From: Chloroflexota bacterium
GTDB taxonomy: Bacteria; Chloroflexota; Anaerolineae; Anaerolineales; Anaerolineaceae
NCBI GenBank assembly: GCA_019136175.1
Contig: JAGVUS010000120.1
Span: forward strand, 1 to 29,038
Direction of reading: 5' to 3'
Length of the DNA: 29,038 nt
Both the position numbers and the translations under genes were made by a program. This document shows positions 24,753 through 29,038 of this stretch, in pieces. A model generated the notes under the pieces. That model did not search any database, was not told the DNA's origin, and saw only the letters and a program-made list of their open reading frames with translations. Every line of letters begins with the position of its first letter. Position 1 is the stretch's first letter.

Positions 24753-26462
24753 ATGAACGGAGAAGTATCCCCGGAAATCCAGGCTCTGCACCAGGTGTAC
24801 CTGTTTTACACGTTCAGTACCGAGGAACTTGAAAATATCCTGGAACATGCAGAGATTGCTTCCTATCACCCTGGCGAAAAAATTTATGAAGTGGGAGACC
24901 CTGCCCGCGGCTTTTTTGTCCTGGTCAGTGGGAAGGTGCGGTTGACGCGTTGGCGCGGCGGAAAACAGGAAACCCTCCAGGTGCTGGATAACAGTGGATT
25001 CTTTGGACAGGAAATCTTATCCCGGGGAGAACTGCGGCACCTGACCGCGGAAGCTCTTTCTGATGTCCGGGTGTTAAAACTCAGCCTGACGTCATTGGAC
25101 TGGCTGCTGGAAACCCACCCCAATCTTTCCGATGACCTGGACCTCGTCCGGTCGACCTACCATTTATTTTTACGCGAAAAAATGCCCTGGCGGGGACCAA
25201 AAGAAATTGTCTATCTCATGATCCGGCGTCACCCGGTGTTTTTATTGATCCGGTTGTTGATTCCTGCCATGTTATCCATTCTTACGACATCACTTCTGAC
25301 TGCGATTCATGTTCAAACGCAGAGTAAGACGGGTGCGTTATTGGTTCTGGCAGGTATCTTTTTGTTCATCTGGCTGGCGTGGGCGGTGCTGGCATGGATT
25401 GATTGGGCAAACGATTATTCCATTGTGACCAACCGGCGGGTTGCCTTTCATGAAAAAATTATCCTGATTTATGACAGCCGCCGTGAGGTTCCCCTGGATG
25501 CCGTTCTGTCGGATGACAAGGAAACCACTTTTCTTGGGCGGATTCTCTCGTTTGGGGATGTGGTAGTGCGAACGTATACTGGCATGCTGCACCTGCCGGA
25601 CATCCCCAAGCCGGAGGCTGTGCGCAGGCTGCTCAATCAAGTGCAGGTGGTTGTTCGGGAAGCCTCAGAGATCAAGAGGCGGGCAACCATGGACGATACG
25701 ATCCGGCAGCGGTTCAGGCATGAAGAGACGCCTGCCAGGGAGGATGAGGGTGAGGTTGCCCCCGTGATTCAGCCCGGTCCTCTGCAAGCCTGGCTGGTGA
25801 ATCTTTTCCAGATGCGAATCGTGAAAGGTACCAGCATTATTTACCGGACCCACTGGTTTATTTTATTACTCCGATTGTTCATTCCCACCATTCTTAACCT
25901 TGCCCTCTTCACAACCCTGATTCTGCGTTTGTTTGGCGTGATCCAGTTCCTGGATTTACGCAACTTTCTGTTATTGTGGTTCCTGATGGGATTGTTTGCA
26001 ATTGGTTGGTGGGTGTATCAATATTGGGACTGGAGCAATGATCAGTACATTATTACCGACAAGGAATTAATTGATTATTTCCGCAAGCCCCTGGGCAGGG
26101 AGGAGCGGCGCTCCGCTCCACTGGAAAATATCCAGACTATTGATTACGAACAACGCAACCTGATTGCACTCATCTTCAACTATGGCACGGTATATATCCG
26201 GATTGGGGATGCAGAACTTACATTTAATAATGTATTTAATCCATCCGATGTGCAGCGGCAAATCTTTGAACGGTTCCTGGAAAAGAAAAAGAAAAAGGAA
26301 GATGACCGCGCCAGGGCAGAGCAGGAACGAATGCTGGAATGGCTGGAATCATACGATCGGGTGATGCGTACCCAGCCGGAAGAGGCGGTGGAGGGCGAAG
26401 AGGAAGAGGAGGAGGATGAAGATCACCCGGAGGAGGAAGAAGTTCCTCCCATGGAATGGTGA
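24753..26462 (+). CDS. Membrane protein: N-terminal cyclic-nucleotide-binding domain, two TM-hairpin/bacterial PH (bPH_2-like) repeats and an acidic tail
   Basis: CNBD pattern (YHPGEKIYEVGDP..GFFVLVSGKV...FFGQ...RHLTAEA). Duplicated units DWANDYSIVTNRR...FGDVVVRT and DWSNDQYIITDKE...YGTVYIRI each follow two TM helices. Glu-rich C-terminus. Confidence 0.82.
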   Translation: MNGEVSPEIQALHQVYLFYTFSTEELENILEHAEIASYHPGEKIYEVGDPARGFFVLVSGKVRLTRWRGGKQETLQVLDNSGFFGQEILSRGELRHLTAEALSDVRVLKLSLTSLDWLLETHPNLSDDLDLVRSTYHLFLREKMPWRGPKEIVYLMIRRHPVFLLIRLLIPAMLSILTTSLLTAIHVQTQSKTGALLVLAGIFLFIWLAWAVLAWIDWANDYSIVTNRRVAFHEKIILIYDSRREVPLDAVLSDDKETTFLGRILSFGDVVVRTYTGMLHLPDIPKPEAVRRLLNQVQVVVREASEIKRRATMDDTIRQRFRHEETPAREDEGEVAPVIQPGPLQAWLVNLFQMRIVKGTSIIYRTHWFILLLRLFIPTILNLALFTTLILRLFGVIQFLDLRNFLLLWFLMGLFAIGWWVYQYWDWSNDQYIITDKELIDYFRKPLGREERRSAPLENIQTIDYEQRNLIALIFNYGTVYIRIGDAELTFNNVFNPSDVQRQIFERFLEKKKKKEDDRARAEQERMLEWLESYDRVMRTQPEEAVEGEEEEEEDEDHPEEEEVPPMEW

Positions 26463-26520
26463 TTGCGGTACAATGGGGGAACTGTGAGACGAAAGTACGA
26501 TACTATTTACAGGTGAGCCA

Positions 26521-27039
26521 ATGAGTTTACTGGATATTGTTTCCCTGCCGGACCCGGTACTGCGGCGGAAGGCACGCAAAGTCACGGTGTTTGATAAAGA
26601 ACTGCAAACCCTGATTGATAATATGATTCATACCATGCGCGAAGCCCCGGGCGTGGGACTGGCAGCCCCCCAGGTGGGAGAATCCATCCGCCTGGTTGTG
26701 GTGGAATACCCCGATACAGATGATGATGAACCTGATGAGGATGCCCCCAAAAAATTATATGTGATGGTCAACCCGGAAATTGTTGAAACCTCCGAGGATA
26801 AGGAATTGGGAGTGGAGGGATGCCTGTCGGTTCCAGGGCTGGTGGGAGAGGTGGAGCGGCACACCCGGATTGTGGTCAAGGGTCTTAACCGCCAGGGGAA
26901 ACCAATGAAGGTCAAGGTAAAAGGCTGGATGGCGCGTATCTTCCAGCATGAAATTGATCATCTGGATGGCATTGTCTTTCCAGACCGCGCCACCCGCGTC
27001 TGGCAGCCCCGGGAGGGAGAGGAACTACCGCTGGATTAA
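26521..27039 (+). CDS. def: Peptide deformylase
   Basis: GVGLAAPQVG, EGCLS and HEIDHLDG motifs. Confidence 0.97.
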   Translation: MSLLDIVSLPDPVLRRKARKVTVFDKELQTLIDNMIHTMREAPGVGLAAPQVGESIRLVVVEYPDTDDDEPDEDAPKKLYVMVNPEIVETSEDKELGVEGCLSVPGLVGEVERHTRIVVKGLNRQGKPMKVKVKGWMARIFQHEIDHLDGIVFPDRATRVWQPREGEELPLD

Positions 27040-27040
27040 G

Positions 27041-28249
27041 ATGTTTCTGACCCATCTTTCCCTGACTCACTTCCGCACCTACACCCGCCTGGACATGGAT
27101 GTTCCCCGGCGGATTGTTTTGCTGGTGGGTGATAATGCGCAGGGGAAGACCAGCATCCTGGAAGCCGTTTATTTTTTTGCAACCTTCACATCTTTTCATG
27201 CTTCCAGTGATAAACAGCTTCTCAATTTCTATGCATCCCAGGAACCGCTGGCGGTTGCGCGACTGGTGGCGGAATTTGACCGGGAGGGGAAGCATCACCG
27301 CATGGAAGTCCGCCTGATCCAGGAACCGGTGGGTCCCATGGGCAGCCGCACCCGCAAGGAAATCCTGGTGGATGGCGTCAAACGGACCGCCCAGGAAGCC
27401 CTTGGCATCTTCAATGCCGTCATATTCCTGCCGCAGATGATGACGATCCTGGAGGGTGGACCCGATGAGCGGCGCCGGTATTTGAATCTTGCCATCTCCC
27501 AGGCAATACCAGGGTACGCCCGGGCTTTAAGTGAGTACCAGCAGGCATTGACCCAACGCAATGCTCTGTTAAAGCAGCTTTCCGAGCGGGGTGGTGCCCC
27601 GGATCAACTGTTGTACTGGGATGAAATCCTGGCGGACAGGGGATCGCTCATCATTTATGCGAGAATTGCAGCCATCCAGGAAATGGAGCGGATTGCTGCG
27701 GAATTCCACGAAAAATTAACCCGCCGTGAGGAGGTTTTGCGGCTGGTTTACCAACCAGCTTATGACCCCGCACGTCCTCAAAATGGACAGATGGGATTGC
27801 CGATTCAAACACCCGTCCAACGGAATGGTATTCCCATGGCTCAAATTCGCCAGGGGTTCATGGAGCGGTTATCCGCAATTCGGGGGGAGGAAATTGCGCG
27901 GGGAATGACAACCATTGGACCCCACCGCGATGAATTGCGTTTTCTTGGAAATGGGCGTGACCTTGGTGATTATGGTTCCCGAGGGCAGATGCGGACTGCT
28001 TTACTGGCGCTCAAACTGGCGGAGGTGCAGTGGTTGAAGCAGCGCACCGGGCAGAATCCTGTTCTGTTATTGGATGAAATCCTGGCGGAGTTGGATGTCC
28101 AGAGGCGGTCTGACCTCTTGAATACCCTCCTGGATGTTGACCAGGCGCTTTTCACCACGACCGATCTCAACTTGTTCGATCCCAGCTTTGTTGAGCAATG
28201 TGCGGTCTGGCGGGTCAGTTCCGGGAAGGTGCAGCCAGAGTTGGATTAA
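27041..28249 (+). CDS. recF: DNA replication and repair protein RecF
   Basis: LxLxxFRTY, Walker A GDNAQGKTSILEA, GGPDERRRYL, TIGPHRDEL, GSRGQxR and LLLDE. Start moved to ATG 27041, 1 nt after the def stop. Confidence 0.95.
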   Translation: MFLTHLSLTHFRTYTRLDMDVPRRIVLLVGDNAQGKTSILEAVYFFATFTSFHASSDKQLLNFYASQEPLAVARLVAEFDREGKHHRMEVRLIQEPVGPMGSRTRKEILVDGVKRTAQEALGIFNAVIFLPQMMTILEGGPDERRRYLNLAISQAIPGYARALSEYQQALTQRNALLKQLSERGGAPDQLLYWDEILADRGSLIIYARIAAIQEMERIAAEFHEKLTRREEVLRLVYQPAYDPARPQNGQMGLPIQTPVQRNGIPMAQIRQGFMERLSAIRGEEIARGMTTIGPHRDELRFLGNGRDLGDYGSRGQMRTALLALKLAEVQWLKQRTGQNPVLLLDEILAELDVQRRSDLLNTLLDVDQALFTTTDLNLFDPSFVEQCAVWRVSSGKVQPELD

Positions 28250-28984
28250 TTACAACGGTTTTCGGGATGGAATTCCCACCCGGCGGGGATAAGCAGCGGG
28301 TGTGGGTTTGATCTTTTTCATGACAACAAGATAACGGGCTTCCTCCACGCGGGGAAGTGTTACCGGAATCAGCGGGCGAATAACACCCCCCAGGATGGTG
28401 ATGGCTCGATTGGCTTGCTGGCTTTCCGCCGGGGCGGTGGTGCCTTTTTGGGCAATTGCAAATCCACCCACGCGAACCAAGGGCAGGAGGTATTCCGCCA
28501 GGATATTCAATTGCGCTACAGCCCGGGCTGTTGCCGCATCGTACATCTCCCGGTGGGTATCCTGTGCGCCTATTTCTTCTGCACGGGCAGTGATCACTTC
28601 AACATTCTCCAGCAGCAGGGTATCCACGATATGTCTGCAGAAATCGGCTTTTTTGCCGATGGATTCCACCAGGGTAAGGCGCAAGCCCGGCATGAGAATT
28701 TTCAGCGGAATGCCGGGGAAACCGGCTCCCGTGCCGATATCAATCAAGGAAGCCGGTGGCTCCATCTCACGCCAGGCAAATGTACAGGTCAGCGAATCCA
28801 GGAAGTGCTTCCTGATAATGTCGGCTGGCTCCCGGATGGCGGTCAGGTTGATCCGCTCATTCCATATAAGCAGTTCCCGGGCATAGACCCGGAATGATTC
28901 TTCCTGAACAGGTGAGAGCTCCACCCCCAACAGATTCTTTACAAGGAGCGGCAGGGAGTTCATTTGGGTGGGATCATCCATCAT
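28250..28984 (-). CDS. rsmG: 16S rRNA (guanine(527)-N7)-methyltransferase RsmG (GidB)
   Basis: WNERINLTAI, KHFLDSL, SAM motif DIGTGAGFPGIPL, RAVA and YPRRVGIP. Confidence 0.96.
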   Translation of the reverse strand: MMDDPTQMNSLPLLVKNLLGVELSPVQEESFRVYARELLIWNERINLTAIREPADIIRKHFLDSLTCTFAWREMEPPASLIDIGTGAGFPGIPLKILMPGLRLTLVESIGKKADFCRHIVDTLLLENVEVITARAEEIGAQDTHREMYDAATARAVAQLNILAEYLLPLVRVGGFAIAQKGTTAPAESQQANRAITILGGVIRPLIPVTLPRVEEARYLVVMKKIKPTPAAYPRRVGIPSRKPL

Positions 28985-29037
28985 TTGCAGAACCCCATGA
29001 CAATCTCATACAGGGCTTTGATGCCGGTTGGCAGGAT
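28981..29037 (-). CDS. Possible 3' end of an upstream gene (…ILPTGIKALYEIVMGFCK*) running off the window
   Basis: Open frame from the window edge ending in TGA that overlaps the rsmG ATG (ATGA coupling). Only 18 residues, so it cannot be identified. Confidence 0.5.
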   Translation of the reverse strand: MLPTGIKALYEIVMGFCK

Positions 29038-29038
29038 T

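Noticed and set aside
26386-26446. GAG/GAA-rich low-complexity tract as a DNA repeat element
   Set aside because: Explained by the acidic protein tail of the cNMP-bPH gene.
1-29038. rRNA, tRNA, CRISPR arrays, IS elements, riboswitches
   Set aside because: None recognised by eye, and intergenic gaps are all under about 190 bp. A covariance-model scan would be needed to exclude small RNAs.

Overview
A gene-dense, mostly core-chromosome 29-kb window of roughly 54-55% GC (spot hand-counts only). The gene content suggests an anaerobic Chloroflexota (Anaerolineae-like) bacterium; this is an inference from the NBR1-Ig lipoprotein, DnaQ-DinG fusion and detached recF. In order: two GT4 glycosyltransferases plus an ADP-ribosylglycohydrolase; a P5C-dehydrogenase-like ALDH, small membrane protein, CatI/CatJ-type CoA transferase and D-2-hydroxyacid dehydrogenase operon; an NBR1-Ig lipoprotein; rarA, a histidine phosphatase, a DUF4380-like and a DUF2804 gene; an AT-richer 3.1-kb gamma-delta-alpha-beta 2-oxoacid:ferredoxin oxidoreductase cluster bracketed by a 10-bp direct repeat; ppa; a small Cys-rich membrane protein; a GAF-GAF-GGDEF protein; an XRE-cupin regulator; an exonuclease-DinG helicase head-to-head with a HAD-HD double phosphohydrolase; a PBP-A-like serine hydrolase divergent from a cNMP-binding/tandem-bPH membrane protein; def, recF and rsmG. 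I saw no rRNA, tRNA, CRISPR array or transposase. The best leads are the low-GC oxidoreductase insertion, the DinG/HAD-HD divergon, the cNMP-bPH protein and a recurring leaderless promoter layout. Several starts were moved from the ORF track using RBS and homology cues. No database searches were run.
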